From Candidatus Sysuimicrobiota bacterium CSP1-3 (GTDB lineage Bacteria; Sysuimicrobiota; Sysuimicrobiia; Sysuimicrobiales; Humicultoraceae), in NCBI GenBank assembly GCA_001443485.1, contig LDXQ01000005.1, forward strand, positions 1 through 51,580: 51,580 bases of DNA. Direction: 5' to 3'. Below the pieces are notes generated by a model. That model searched no databases and had not been told where the DNA came from. It saw nothing but the letters and a program-made list of their open reading frames with translations. A program made the translations under genes and the position numbers. Below, one piece after another: positions 26,133-35,165 of the stretch; position 1 is the stretch's first letter, and each line of letters opens with the position of its first letter.

Positions 26133-27176
26133 GTGCGCGCGGTCGTAGTCGGCGGCGGCGCCATCGGTTGCGCGGCCACAGCGCTGCTCGCGGCCCAGGG
26201 TGTGGACGTCGTCCTGCTCACCCGCAGCGCGGAGCGGCGCCAGGAGCTGCGCATGGCGCAGCGCATCGAACTGCGCGGGGATGTGACCGCGAGCGGCGGT
26301 CCAGTTCGAGTAGAAGGGACGTTTGAAGCCACCGCCGGGGCGGACGTGATCTTCGTCTGCGTGCAGTCGGCCGGCCACGAAGCCGTCGCCGCCTCGCTTG
26401 CCCCGCACCTGCAATCCGGACAGGCCGTGCTGATCTTCTCCGGCCTGGCCGGTTCACTCCTGTTCGCCCGTGCGTGGCGGCATCGTCCAGACATCCTCCT
26501 AGGTGAGACGGCGACGCCGCCGTGCTCGGCGCGCTTGGTCGGCCCTGGCGTGGTGCAGGTGCGGATGCGCACACGGCTGCGCGCCGCCGCGTTTCCGGCA
26601 TGCCGCACGGTTGAGTTGCTGGCCCGTGTGCCGGCGGGGATCCCGCTGCATCCGGCCATCCATGTGCTGGACGTCGCCCTGCACCACCCGAACCTCATCG
26701 TCCACCCCCTGCCGATGCTCCTCAACTATGCGGCGATCGAACGCACGGACGGCGCGCTCTCCTTGATGAACGAAGGCATGACGGCGCGGATCGTAGCTGC
26801 GATGGACGCTCACGATGCGGAGCGCGTGGCGGTCCTCCGCGCCCTTGGCGTGGACGCGCTGCCGCTGGATGCGGTGTACCGAGAGTTTGGCGGCAGCCCA
26901 GAGGTCTATCGCCAACCGGGCGAACCCATGGGCATCCGGGATCGGATTCACTGGCGGTACGTCGATGAGGACGTGCCGTACGGCATTGTGCTCATAGCAT
27001 CTGTGGGGCGGCTGGTAGATGTGCCCACGCCAATCTCCGACGCGGTGATCACGCTGGCCTCCGTCGTCCGCGGCGTGGACTTCTGGGCCCAGGGGCGGAC
27101 AGCGGAGCGCTTGGGCCTAGCCGGACTCAGTGCCGGTCGGCTGCGCACTTACCTAGTGGAAGGGACCATGGCATGA
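26133..27176 (+). CDS. NAD/NADP opine dehydrogenase family protein, paralog 2.
   Basis: It has a GTG start and the Rossmann motif 'VVGGGAIGCAA'. The C-terminal half aligns closely by eye with 14300..15364 ('LSLMNEGMT...YREFG.SP..YR.PGEPMG.RD.IH.RY.DED.PYG'). Confidence 0.8.
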   Translation: MRAVVVGGGAIGCAATALLAAQGVDVVLLTRSAERRQELRMAQRIELRGDVTASGGPVRVEGTFEATAGADVIFVCVQSAGHEAVAASLAPHLQSGQAVLIFSGLAGSLLFARAWRHRPDILLGETATPPCSARLVGPGVVQVRMRTRLRAAAFPACRTVELLARVPAGIPLHPAIHVLDVALHHPNLIVHPLPMLLNYAAIERTDGALSLMNEGMTARIVAAMDAHDAERVAVLRALGVDALPLDAVYREFGGSPEVYRQPGEPMGIRDRIHWRYVDEDVPYGIVLIASVGRLVDVPTPISDAVITLASVVRGVDFWAQGRTAERLGLAGLSAGRLRTYLVEGTMA

Positions 27177-28201
27177 GATTCAGTTTCTCCGCCCGGCCGG
27201 CCGATGACGTCGCCACGACGGTGGCGACGATACAGTTCGCCGAATCCCTGGGATTTCACGGCGCGTGGTACCCGGATCAGACGTTCTTCCGAGAGGTCTT
27301 CAGCGTGCTTGCCGTCTGCGCGGGGGCGACCCGCCGGCTCACCCTGGGGGCGGCGGTCGTGAATCCCTATACGCGGCATCCTGCGGTGATCGCGCGGGGG
27401 GCGGCCACGGTCAGCGAAATTGCCCGCGGCCGGTTCCGGCTGGTGCTGGGGGCCGGGAACCGGGGCGAACTGCTCACGCCGCTGGGGATTCAACAGCACG
27501 AACCAGCCCTGCGTCTCGCTGAAGCCGCCACCGTCATCCGTCGGCTGCTGGCCGGGGAGACCGTACAGTTTGACGGCCGCACGGTGCGGGTGCAGGGTGC
27601 GGCGCTGGATTTCCAGGCACGGTATCCCCTGCCGGTTCTCTTTGCCGGCCGCGGGCCGCGGGTGCTCGAAGCCGCAGGGGCGGTGGCGGATGGGGTAGTG
27701 ATCGGTGCGCTCGTCTCGCCGGAGGGGTTGCAGTACGCCCTGCGTCACGTCCGAATGGGTGCGGAGCGGGCAGGACGTAGTCTGGATGGGTTTCAGATTA
27801 TCAGCTGGGCGACGTGGGTCCCGGGGCGGGGGATCCACGAGGCCGTGGACGCCATCCGGCCGGCGATCGCGCACATCGTCGGAGGGGCTCCGCCTGAGGT
27901 CCTGCGGGCCATCGAGCCTGATCAGACGCTCATCGCCCGCATCAAGGCCCGCTACTGGGAAGGCGGCGCGGCCGAGGCGGCGGCGGATGTCACAGACGAC
28001 CTGGCGCGCAAGCTCGCGCTACTCGGAAGCGCGGAGGACTGCGCGCAAGCGGTGGCGCGGCTTGAGGCGGCGGGTGTGGACGAGGTAGCCATCCTACTGC
28101 CCGGTCGGGGCACCCACGGCGGCGCCGTCACGCCACCCGAGGAGCAGCGCCGCCTGCTGCGCGCCTTCGCCGAGACGGTGACGCCGCGATTCGGGTCATG
28201 A
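27173..28201 (+). CDS. LLM-class flavin/F420-dependent oxidoreductase, copy 2.
   Basis: The ATGA overlap couples it to the upstream gene. 'ESLGFHGAWYPDQ' and the rest of the fold match luciferase-like proteins. Confidence 0.75.
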   Translation: MRFSFSARPADDVATTVATIQFAESLGFHGAWYPDQTFFREVFSVLAVCAGATRRLTLGAAVVNPYTRHPAVIARGAATVSEIARGRFRLVLGAGNRGELLTPLGIQQHEPALRLAEAATVIRRLLAGETVQFDGRTVRVQGAALDFQARYPLPVLFAGRGPRVLEAAGAVADGVVIGALVSPEGLQYALRHVRMGAERAGRSLDGFQIISWATWVPGRGIHEAVDAIRPAIAHIVGGAPPEVLRAIEPDQTLIARIKARYWEGGAAEAAADVTDDLARKLALLGSAEDCAQAVARLEAAGVDEVAILLPGRGTHGGAVTPPEEQRRLLRAFAETVTPRFGS

Positions 28202-28328
28202 GCACCCATTCGGGCGCCGCGGACGCTGCATGGCCGCGCCGCGCGATGCCGGCCCCTTCGGCTGTTCGCGACCGGGCGTGCGCTGCGCAGCAGGGACTCG
28301 TGCTCTTTCAGACGTGCTGGCCCCGCGG

Positions 28329-28418
28329 TCAGAACCAATCGTATCCCTGTCCGGCAAACTCATCGGTGATGTAAGACTCGTTCCCGCAGTTGGGACAGGT
28401 GAAACAGATCACGTGCAT
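28329..28418 (-). CDS. 29-aa Cys-rich micro-ORF (MHVICFTCPNCGNESYITDEFAGQGYDWF).
   Basis: A strong SD (GGGAGGGA) lies 4 nt upstream of the ATG. GC3 favours this frame over the overlapping tail of the upstream ORF. Confidence 0.4.
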   Translation of the reverse strand: MHVICFTCPNCGNESYITDEFAGQGYDWF

Positions 28419-28629
28419 CGGATCCCTCCCAGCGCAGCCGCGCCAGTACCTCCGGCGTGATGCACCTGGTTAGCGACATCCGATCCATCACCTCCTGCGA
28501 CACCCGCCGTCGCTTGGGGTAGGGGCGGTCCTTCGGCTCCGTGGCGTCGATGATCAGGAAGCTGGGGTCCGGGGGATCATCAATGGACGGGGAGGTGATG
28601 GCGCCAGCCACCCCTCGGACGACATTCAT
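28360..28629 (-). CDS. Hypothetical 89-aa protein. Its 3' end overlaps the micro-ORF.
   Basis: GC3 is high from ATG 28629 (AGGA upstream) until about 28420, then drops. No family was recognised. Confidence 0.45.
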   Translation of the reverse strand: MNVVRGVAGAITSPSIDDPPDPSFLIIDATEPKDRPYPKRRRVSQEVMDRMSLTRCITPEVLARLRWEGSDARDLFHLSQLRERVLHHR

Positions 28630-28679
28630 GGATCCTGAGCGGCTCTGGAGACGAATCCGACCTGGACTAAGAGACCGCG

Positions 28680-29981
28680 CTACTCTCTCTGGAAGACGGC
28701 CGCCTGATACCGGTTTGAGGGACTCCACAGGAGCCAGCCGGAGCGGAGTCCGGCATCCAAAACCGCCTGCATCTCCCTCCGGACGGCACTGGGCGGGTAG
28801 GGCGCGCCCAGGTCGAACGCCTGGAGCCAGGGCCTGATCTGCCCGAGGGGATGCGTCCCGCCCCGCTCGCTTTCTGCCGAAAGAGCCGCAAGGGTCTTGG
28901 CCAGGCGCTGCCGGCGCAGGACCGCTCGGTTGAGAGAATACACGATGACTTCGTAAGGATGCGCCGCCGGGTTCGCATACCCGAGAAAGCCCCGGGCGTA
29001 GTGTGATGGATAGACCATGGGCGCGACGACGTCGAAGTGTAGCAGCGCGTCCTCCAGCACCTGTCCGATGCCGAGGTCGTCCTCCCGCACGGTCGCCAGG
29101 CCAAACAGGTCGGCCGACAGGACCGGGCCGGCGTCGCGCAGCTCCGCTGTCAGGTAGGCGAAGAACTGCTGCAGCACCTCCCGCCGGGTCTGCGTCCCCG
29201 CCTTGAACACCGGATACCGGATGCCGGACAGGTTGCCGTCCGAGGGAAAGCGGATGTAGTCGAAATTCAGCTCGTCCACGCCGGCGTCCGCGGCCGCGCG
29301 CGCCACCTCGACGATGTATGTCCAGACCTCTTGCGACGCCGGATCAACCCAACCTAGGCCCTTCCGGTCGCGCCAGACCCGGCCCGCGGGATTCCGGACG
29401 GCCAACTCCGGCCTCACCTTGATCAGGTGCTGGTCCTGGAAGACGGCGATCCGCACGATGACGTAGATGCCGTTCTCGTGGAGGCGCCGGACAAGGACGG
29501 CCAGGTCCAGTCTCCGCTCGACCGAGCCGACCGCGGCGACGCCGGGGTTTGCGGTCTCGAAGACGACCTTGCCGCTGTAGTCCTTGATGTCAATGACGAC
29601 CGCGTTCAGCTCCGTCCGGGTGATGAGGTCCACGGCCTGAGCCAGCCGGCTGGGGGTGGCGGCACTCCACGACGTCAGGTAGATCGCCTTCACCACAGCC
29701 GGCGCGGCACGGACGCCGGACCGGATGGGCCGGGTGGCGTCTGTCTGCAGTACTTCGAGGGAGGCCTCGGATGGGGCCGACCGCATCTCGGCGGCAGGTT
29801 CGTCTGGTCCCGTGAGAGAACCGGGAGAGGGCGGAGGATCCGCCGGGTCGGAGACCGGCGGAGTCCACGTGACGGGGGGCGCGGAATCCCCGGCAGGCGG
29901 ACCGGCGGGGAGCACGGCCACCAGCACGACGCTGAACACAGCAACCGCCAGGAATACGACTGCAGAAGGGCGTATCGGCAC
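28680..29981 (-). CDS. Secreted/anchored putative glycoside-hydrolase-like TIM-barrel protein (DUF4015-like).
   Basis: It has a GTG start with GGGAG upstream, an N-terminal TM and a Pro-rich linker. 'KAIYLTSWSA...NAVVIDIKDYSG...' and 'DELNFDYIRFP' are typical of this family. Confidence 0.6.
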   Translation of the reverse strand: MPIRPSAVVFLAVAVFSVVLVAVLPAGPPAGDSAPPVTWTPPVSDPADPPPSPGSLTGPDEPAAEMRSAPSEASLEVLQTDATRPIRSGVRAAPAVVKAIYLTSWSAATPSRLAQAVDLITRTELNAVVIDIKDYSGKVVFETANPGVAAVGSVERRLDLAVLVRRLHENGIYVIVRIAVFQDQHLIKVRPELAVRNPAGRVWRDRKGLGWVDPASQEVWTYIVEVARAAADAGVDELNFDYIRFPSDGNLSGIRYPVFKAGTQTRREVLQQFFAYLTAELRDAGPVLSADLFGLATVREDDLGIGQVLEDALLHFDVVAPMVYPSHYARGFLGYANPAAHPYEVIVYSLNRAVLRRQRLAKTLAALSAESERGGTHPLGQIRPWLQAFDLGAPYPPSAVRREMQAVLDAGLRSGWLLWSPSNRYQAAVFQRE

Positions 29982-30147
29982 GACGGCTCCCGAGAGCAGC
30001 GGTGCAGTGGTGTTCCTTTGAGGACTTGCCCAATATCCGCGGCGCTAGACGCGGGTGGAGCTGCCGACCGGCAGGTGCCGCTGGAACCACTGGTCGACGT
30101 CGTCCGCCACTTCCGCGTGGTTCAGATCGTAGGCCTCAACGACGGCG

Positions 30148-31392
30148 TCAGGGCTTGATCAATCGCTGCAGGGTCGCACCCGTCTGCGTCATCCGGGGCG
30201 GATCCGCCGTCATGTTCCGGCCCGCCGCCGCGTTTGCCAGCCGGGAGAGTTCGCCTGGGGGCAGCCGGCCAGTCCGCTCGCTGTAGTCCACGTACCCGAA
30301 GAAGTAGCGGGACCAGAAGAACGAGGTGAAGTCGATCTTCACGGCATGGGAGAGTTTGACGACGGTGGTCACGAACTGCGCGTCGAGGGGTTCCCAGAAA
30401 CTGAAGACGTCGCGAGCGAACAACCCCGGGGCGGCCGCGACGTTCCCGGCGCGCAGGTCCTGGTCGCTGGCTTTGTAGAGCCAGGCTTCGCCCAGAACCA
30501 GGCGCTTGCCGGCGCGCTGCGCGATCTCGGCGAAGCGAAACGCCCGGTCGTTCACGTAGTCCCGGGTGATCGGGTAGATGTGCATGTCCAGGTAGTCAAT
30601 CGCGCCGATCCGGGACAGGCTCTGCGCGTACGCGAGATCCTCCCACGTCCCGGCGCCCGCCCCCACCAGCGTACCGCGCTTGTCCAGCCCGCGGGTGACG
30701 GACTCCAGCAGATCGGTGACGTTCTGCACCGTCATGGGCAGGCCGGTGTTGTGCGCCTGCGTCCCCGGCTCATTCTGCACGGTGAGGTAGTCGGGCCGGA
30801 TCTCGCGGATGATCGTCTCCGCCATCTGCCGCTTTTCCCGCCGGTAGCGCTCCCAGGTGAGACCGGCGTAGTACGGCTCGACCGGCAGCGCGCTGAACGC
30901 CGACTCCCGGAAGCCGTCGGTCATCTGCACCAGGAGCTTCAGATTCCGCCGGCGCACCTCCTGGCCCACCCGCCGGTAGAATTCCAGGTAGTCCGCCGAC
31001 CGGGGGAAGGAGGGGATCAGGACCGGGTACTTCACGGCCACCTTCACTCCGCGCACCCCCAACTGCTGCAGCCGGTCGAGGTTCAGGAGCACGGCCGGCC
31101 AGGTCTGTTCACGGAAGAGAGGCTCGCCGATGTTGGCGTTGGCCGGCAGGAGTTCGGCGCTGAAGGTAACATCGTGTTTCCCGCCGGTCGAGCGTGCAGT
31201 CACGACCCCGTCGATTGCCTTGAGTTTCGCGTCGAGGCCGGCGTAGAGGTCGACGTACTGCACTGGTGCCGGCGGCGCCGACCAGACCGGCCCTGAGCCT
31301 GAAAGCGCGGCGAGAAACACAGCGCCGAGCGCACCGGCGAGCAGACCGCGAAGCCGCTCAACGTTCGTTCGGTTCACTTGATGAGAAGACAT
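30148..31392 (-). CDS. Secreted clan GH-A (GH5-like) glycoside hydrolase.
   Basis: It has a signal peptide. 'LTVQNEPG' fits the acid/base NEP motif and 'LVLGEAW' is a candidate nucleophile. Confidence 0.55.
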   Translation of the reverse strand: MSSHQVNRTNVERLRGLLAGALGAVFLAALSGSGPVWSAPPAPVQYVDLYAGLDAKLKAIDGVVTARSTGGKHDVTFSAELLPANANIGEPLFREQTWPAVLLNLDRLQQLGVRGVKVAVKYPVLIPSFPRSADYLEFYRRVGQEVRRRNLKLLVQMTDGFRESAFSALPVEPYYAGLTWERYRREKRQMAETIIREIRPDYLTVQNEPGTQAHNTGLPMTVQNVTDLLESVTRGLDKRGTLVGAGAGTWEDLAYAQSLSRIGAIDYLDMHIYPITRDYVNDRAFRFAEIAQRAGKRLVLGEAWLYKASDQDLRAGNVAAAPGLFARDVFSFWEPLDAQFVTTVVKLSHAVKIDFTSFFWSRYFFGYVDYSERTGRLPPGELSRLANAAAGRNMTADPPRMTQTGATLQRLIKP

Positions 31393-31503
31393 TCAACTGC
31401 CTCCGGCGCGAAGAAGTCTATCGTCACGGGACGTTCCCCTTAGGTAGGACGCCCAAGACCCCCGGCGCGTTGAGCGCCGGGGTGCGCCGGCCGAGGCGCG
31501 GAT

Positions 31504-32997
31504 TCAGGCTCTCATTCCTGCTTGGACAACCCGATGTAGCTCGTCCGCGGCAACCACGGCCCCGAGACTGAGCGTCCGACCCGTTGCCGGACGCAGGAGG
31601 AAGAACCCCGCAGGCGCGTGCTGCCCCGTGAACCTCGTGCCCTGAGGGCGGGCCGCGACACGGGGACTGGCGAGGCGCAGCGGATTTGCCAGCGCGTGAT
31701 CGTCCCAGTGCACGATGAGGTCAGGCAGGTGCTCAGGAGGATGGCCGGCCTCGCGTCCGACGCGGAGGACGTCTGCCACAACGCGATCTCCGCGGATAGT
31801 CCGCAGCCCCCGCAGCACCTGCTCCAATTGCGTGCAGACCTCGTCGTACCGCGCGGCGTCAACGGCCCCCTCGACTTCCCGGCCCCTCAGGTTCAACCGC
31901 AGCCAGCCGTGCTGGTCCGTCGGGATGGGGAACGCGATCGTTCTGGACCAGTCAAATGCCAGAGGGACATACGGCTGCGGCAGACGGAAGAGCGATCTAG
32001 AGGCTCGCCGGTACAGCCGGCGCAATGGAGGGGGCACGATTCGCCTCGCCAGCGACCGAGCCTCCTCCCGCCGCGCGGACCAGGAGCCCGACCGCCACGA
32101 GCGGCGCGCAGCCATCCCGAGGCTCCGGACCAGGGGATCGAGAACGGTAGGAATGCCCCGCGTCGCGCGCATCCCGTGGAGAGAAAAGACCAGCACCGTG
32201 GCGTCTTCACCGACGGCCCGGGTCAGATCGCCAATCTGGCGGTCGACCTCCCGATAGACGTCGATCAGGCCGGGGATGCTACCGGCACTTGCCCCCTCTT
32301 GGCTTGCCAGCGGCGAATCGACCATCGAGTGCACGGTGTGCCACAGGTAGTGCGAGGCATGGTGCACTTCGGGAAACACGACGATGAGCACGTCCGGCCG
32401 CCATTCCCTCAGAAACCGCGTCGCGAGGCTTCCCCGGAGCCGCACCCCGGACCGGCACATGGCCGCCAGCCGCTGCAGCGCCCTCCGGTCTCCGGGGCCG
32501 GAGACCTCCACCCGGCTTCCTCCCAGCGGATGGTCTCCCACCGTGCGGGCCAGCCACTCGCCCACGCCCGGGGGGGAAACCAGCATCCGGCCGCGCACGC
32601 GATCGTGCGCTCCCCACTCGGAAATCTCGGCACCCCCCGCAAGGCCGATAACCGGTGCGAACGGGACGTCCAGTACCCCGACAGCGTAACCTGCATCCGA
32701 AAGCCCTCGCCAGAAGGGGGTCAAATGGTCCGTGGTCAGGCGCACCAGATTCATAGTGCGGGGGTCCCAGGGCAGGACAGAATACACGCCGTGGACGGCC
32801 GGACCCTCCCCGGTCATGAACGTCGGCCACACGGCGCCGCTGCCGATGGCCGCCGGAGAGCGGACCTCGCCCCAGCAGCCGTGATCGCGCAGGGCTTTCA
32901 GCGAGGGCAGCTCGCCTTGGTCCATCAGCTTCTTGACGAGCGCCGGCTCGGCCGCGTCGATCCCGATGGCGAGGACGCGCGGTCTAGGGAGGCTCAT
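31504..32997 (-). CDS. Alkaline-phosphatase-superfamily protein (type I phosphodiesterase/nucleotide pyrophosphatase-like).
   Basis: 'VLAIGIDAAEP', 'SGAVWPTFMTG' and 'VFSLHGM' fit the pattern of the PF01663-type family. Confidence 0.6.
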   Translation of the reverse strand: MSLPRPRVLAIGIDAAEPALVKKLMDQGELPSLKALRDHGCWGEVRSPAAIGSGAVWPTFMTGEGPAVHGVYSVLPWDPRTMNLVRLTTDHLTPFWRGLSDAGYAVGVLDVPFAPVIGLAGGAEISEWGAHDRVRGRMLVSPPGVGEWLARTVGDHPLGGSRVEVSGPGDRRALQRLAAMCRSGVRLRGSLATRFLREWRPDVLIVVFPEVHHASHYLWHTVHSMVDSPLASQEGASAGSIPGLIDVYREVDRQIGDLTRAVGEDATVLVFSLHGMRATRGIPTVLDPLVRSLGMAARRSWRSGSWSARREEARSLARRIVPPPLRRLYRRASRSLFRLPQPYVPLAFDWSRTIAFPIPTDQHGWLRLNLRGREVEGAVDAARYDEVCTQLEQVLRGLRTIRGDRVVADVLRVGREAGHPPEHLPDLIVHWDDHALANPLRLASPRVAARPQGTRFTGQHAPAGFFLLRPATGRTLSLGAVVAADELHRVVQAGMRA

Positions 32998-33976
32998 TGA
33001 GCAGATCTTGCGGGTTGATGGTCCGTCGCTCGGCCGCCGACCGGGCGCAGGCCTCCAGAACGGCTACGGTTCTCAGGTTATCCGTCGCGCTGCACTCCGG
33101 AGTCTCCCCCGTCTCGATGGCGCTCGCCAGCTGCGCGAGCAGTGCTCGCTCGGGGACAAGATGGGGGGCGATGCCCACGACCCGCGGGAACCGACTCTGA
33201 CCGGTGAGGAAGAGCCAGCGGCGCCAGGGGATCAGGGTGCCCCGCTCGCCGACGATCCGCAGCGACGACGCCGGCCGAGAGTCGTATGTCAAGAACAAGA
33301 CACCGCGCGTGCCGTCGCCGAAGGTAAGCCACACGTACATCGATGCGCCGGGACCCAGACGGCTCCAGGGCAAGGAGAAGCTCTCCGCGTTCACCGCAAT
33401 GATGTCCTGCCCCAGCACGTACCGCAGCAGGTCGATGTGGTGGACTCCCGTCTCCCAGAGGACGCCATGGGGAAGCGCCGCCACGGCGGCCCGCATGTAC
33501 GTATTCCCCCGGTAGACCTGGTAGACGACCAGGCCGGTGCGGCCAAGCGCCCCTGTACCCAGAAATCGTTTGAGGGTCTGGGCCATACCCGTGTAGCGGT
33601 AGGTCTGCCCAACGACCAGCGGGACCCCGGCATCCGCGGCCAAGGCCGCCAGGCTCCGCGCCTCGCGCAGGGTTAGGGCAAACGGCTTCTCCACCAGGAG
33701 AGGGATGCGCCGCGCCAGCACCGTCCGGCTGGGGAGCACATGGTTGTCAATGGAGGAGGCCACGATGACTGCCTGGGGGCGCGTGTCGTCCAGCGCATCT
33801 TCCAGTCGGACGAAACACCGGCCGGCGGGGATGCCCAGCGCTGCGGCCGCCCTTTGCAACGTCGTGCCCTCCACGTCCACGCAGGCAGCGAGCTCGTAGC
33901 CGGGCGTCCGGCGGAGCGCCTCCACCCATTGGCGCCCCCGGAGTCCCAGCCCGACGACCGCTACTGTAATCGCCAT
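32984..33976 (-). CDS. Gfo/Idh/MocA-family NAD(P) oxidoreductase.
   Basis: 'ITVAVVGLGLRGRQW' gives the Rossmann N-terminus and 'LLVEKPFAL' gives the EKP motif. Confidence 0.8.
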   Translation of the reverse strand: MAITVAVVGLGLRGRQWVEALRRTPGYELAACVDVEGTTLQRAAAALGIPAGRCFVRLEDALDDTRPQAVIVASSIDNHVLPSRTVLARRIPLLVEKPFALTLREARSLAALAADAGVPLVVGQTYRYTGMAQTLKRFLGTGALGRTGLVVYQVYRGNTYMRAAVAALPHGVLWETGVHHIDLLRYVLGQDIIAVNAESFSLPWSRLGPGASMYVWLTFGDGTRGVLFLTYDSRPASSLRIVGERGTLIPWRRWLFLTGQSRFPRVVGIAPHLVPERALLAQLASAIETGETPECSATDNLRTVAVLEACARSAAERRTINPQDLLNEPP

Positions 33977-34980
33977 TCCACGGGCCTCTGCTCGTCAATG
34001 ACTCTGGCGGCCTGCCGGTCCCGCAGGCGATGGACTCCCTGATGCAGCCGCCGGTAGAGCCTGGGGCTCACCTCTCCCAGCGCGGCGAGCGCCAGGACGC
34101 GGAGGCTCGCGGCGCTCACGCGGACGCCGCCCCGGGAGAGGAGGTGGCGCAGAATTCCCGGCCGCAGTCCGGCCCACAGCCGCAGGGATCCCAGCAGGCT
34201 GAGCCACTGCAGGGCGACGTCGTCCGGCTCGCCGCCGGGTCCCCCACTACCGTCCAGCAGAGCAGTGTAGTCCCGTCCGGCGCGGTGCGCGGCCAGGCAG
34301 CGATGCATCAGGCGAAAGGCGTCGCGCAGATCTCGGGACGAGGCACTCAGTCTGGCGGATTTCGCGTGACAGCGGAGCCGGTAGAGGGGCGCGGGGAGCA
34401 CGAGGATGCGACCCTGTTGCGCCATCCTGATGAACAGGTCGCGATCTTCCCAATAGGTGCACGCTTGGCGGTACCCGCCGGCGGCCTCGAAGGCACCCCG
34501 CCGGAACATGATGGAACCGTGCGGGAACGGCGGCACGAGCCCCCTCCGCAGGAGCGTGGATCTATCTCTGGAGCGAACCACCCGGCCGCGCCGATCGATC
34601 AACTCGAAGAGCGTGGCGACCAGGCAGACGTCCGGATGGGACTGTAGTACCTCCCACTGGCGGCGCAGTCGATCAGGATGAGAGACGTCGTCCGCATCCA
34701 TCCGCGCGCAGATCGGGGCCTGCGCCTCGCGGACGACGCGGTTGGCACTGCCGACTACCCCGCGCCGTGGCCGGCCGCTGATCACCCGAATCCGGCCGTC
34801 GCGCCCGGCCCATTCGCTCAAGATCTGCGGGGTACGATCGGTGGAACCGTCGTCCAGAATGACGAACTCGAAGTTGCCGAAGCTTTGGCGGACGATACTC
34901 TCAATGCTTGCCTGCAGGTAGTCCTCGCCGTTGTAGACTGGCATCACGACGCTGAGGGCGAGGCTATCTCGGGCGAGCAA
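33961..34980 (-). CDS. Family 2 glycosyltransferase.
   Basis: 'LSVVMPVYNGEDYL', 'FEFVILDDGSTD' and 'ARMDADD' (the DxD motif) are present. Confidence 0.85.
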   Translation of the reverse strand: MLARDSLALSVVMPVYNGEDYLQASIESIVRQSFGNFEFVILDDGSTDRTPQILSEWAGRDGRIRVISGRPRRGVVGSANRVVREAQAPICARMDADDVSHPDRLRRQWEVLQSHPDVCLVATLFELIDRRGRVVRSRDRSTLLRRGLVPPFPHGSIMFRRGAFEAAGGYRQACTYWEDRDLFIRMAQQGRILVLPAPLYRLRCHAKSARLSASSRDLRDAFRLMHRCLAAHRAGRDYTALLDGSGGPGGEPDDVALQWLSLLGSLRLWAGLRPGILRHLLSRGGVRVSAASLRVLALAALGEVSPRLYRRLHQGVHRLRDRQAARVIDEQRPVEWRLQ

Positions 34981-35103
34981 ACGCGCGGCTCCTGGGAGAA
35001 GAGTTGGCTAAGAACGGTGTTCAATGGGATGCAGGCAAATCCTGTTCTAGCCATCCCCAGATCCACTCGGGAGGGCGGCGCAGGCCCGGGTAGATTTCCC
35101 CGG

Positions 35104-35132
35104 TTCTCCGGTCCCGCCCCCTGCGCTATACT
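35104..35132 (+). promoter_or_regulatory. Candidate sigma-70-like promoter for the monocupin pair.
   Basis: TTCTCC, a 17-nt spacer, then TATACT (35127-35132), about 35 nt upstream of ATG 35166 (RBS GAAGGAG). Confidence 0.3.
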
Positions 35133-35165
35133 TTCTGGTAATCCGTCGTCAGAAGGAGCCCGCAG

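Noticed and set aside
30046-30150. Protein-like reading 'DAVVEAYDLNHAEVADDVDQWFQRHLPVGSSTRV*' on the minus strand, between the GH5-like and DUF4015-like genes.
   Set aside because: It has no start codon or upstream open frame of useful length. It overlaps the stop of the preceding gene out of frame. At most it is a gene remnant, and I cannot support it from the sequence alone.
31618-33000. The 460-aa plus-strand ORF opposite the AlkP-family gene. The same applies to 39134..40252(+), 40261..41304(+), 45474..46751(+), 47075..48169(-) and 47392..48582(+).
   Set aside because: These are shadow ORFs with Arg/Pro/Gly-rich translations. The opposite-strand genes have recognisable family motifs and TM patterns.
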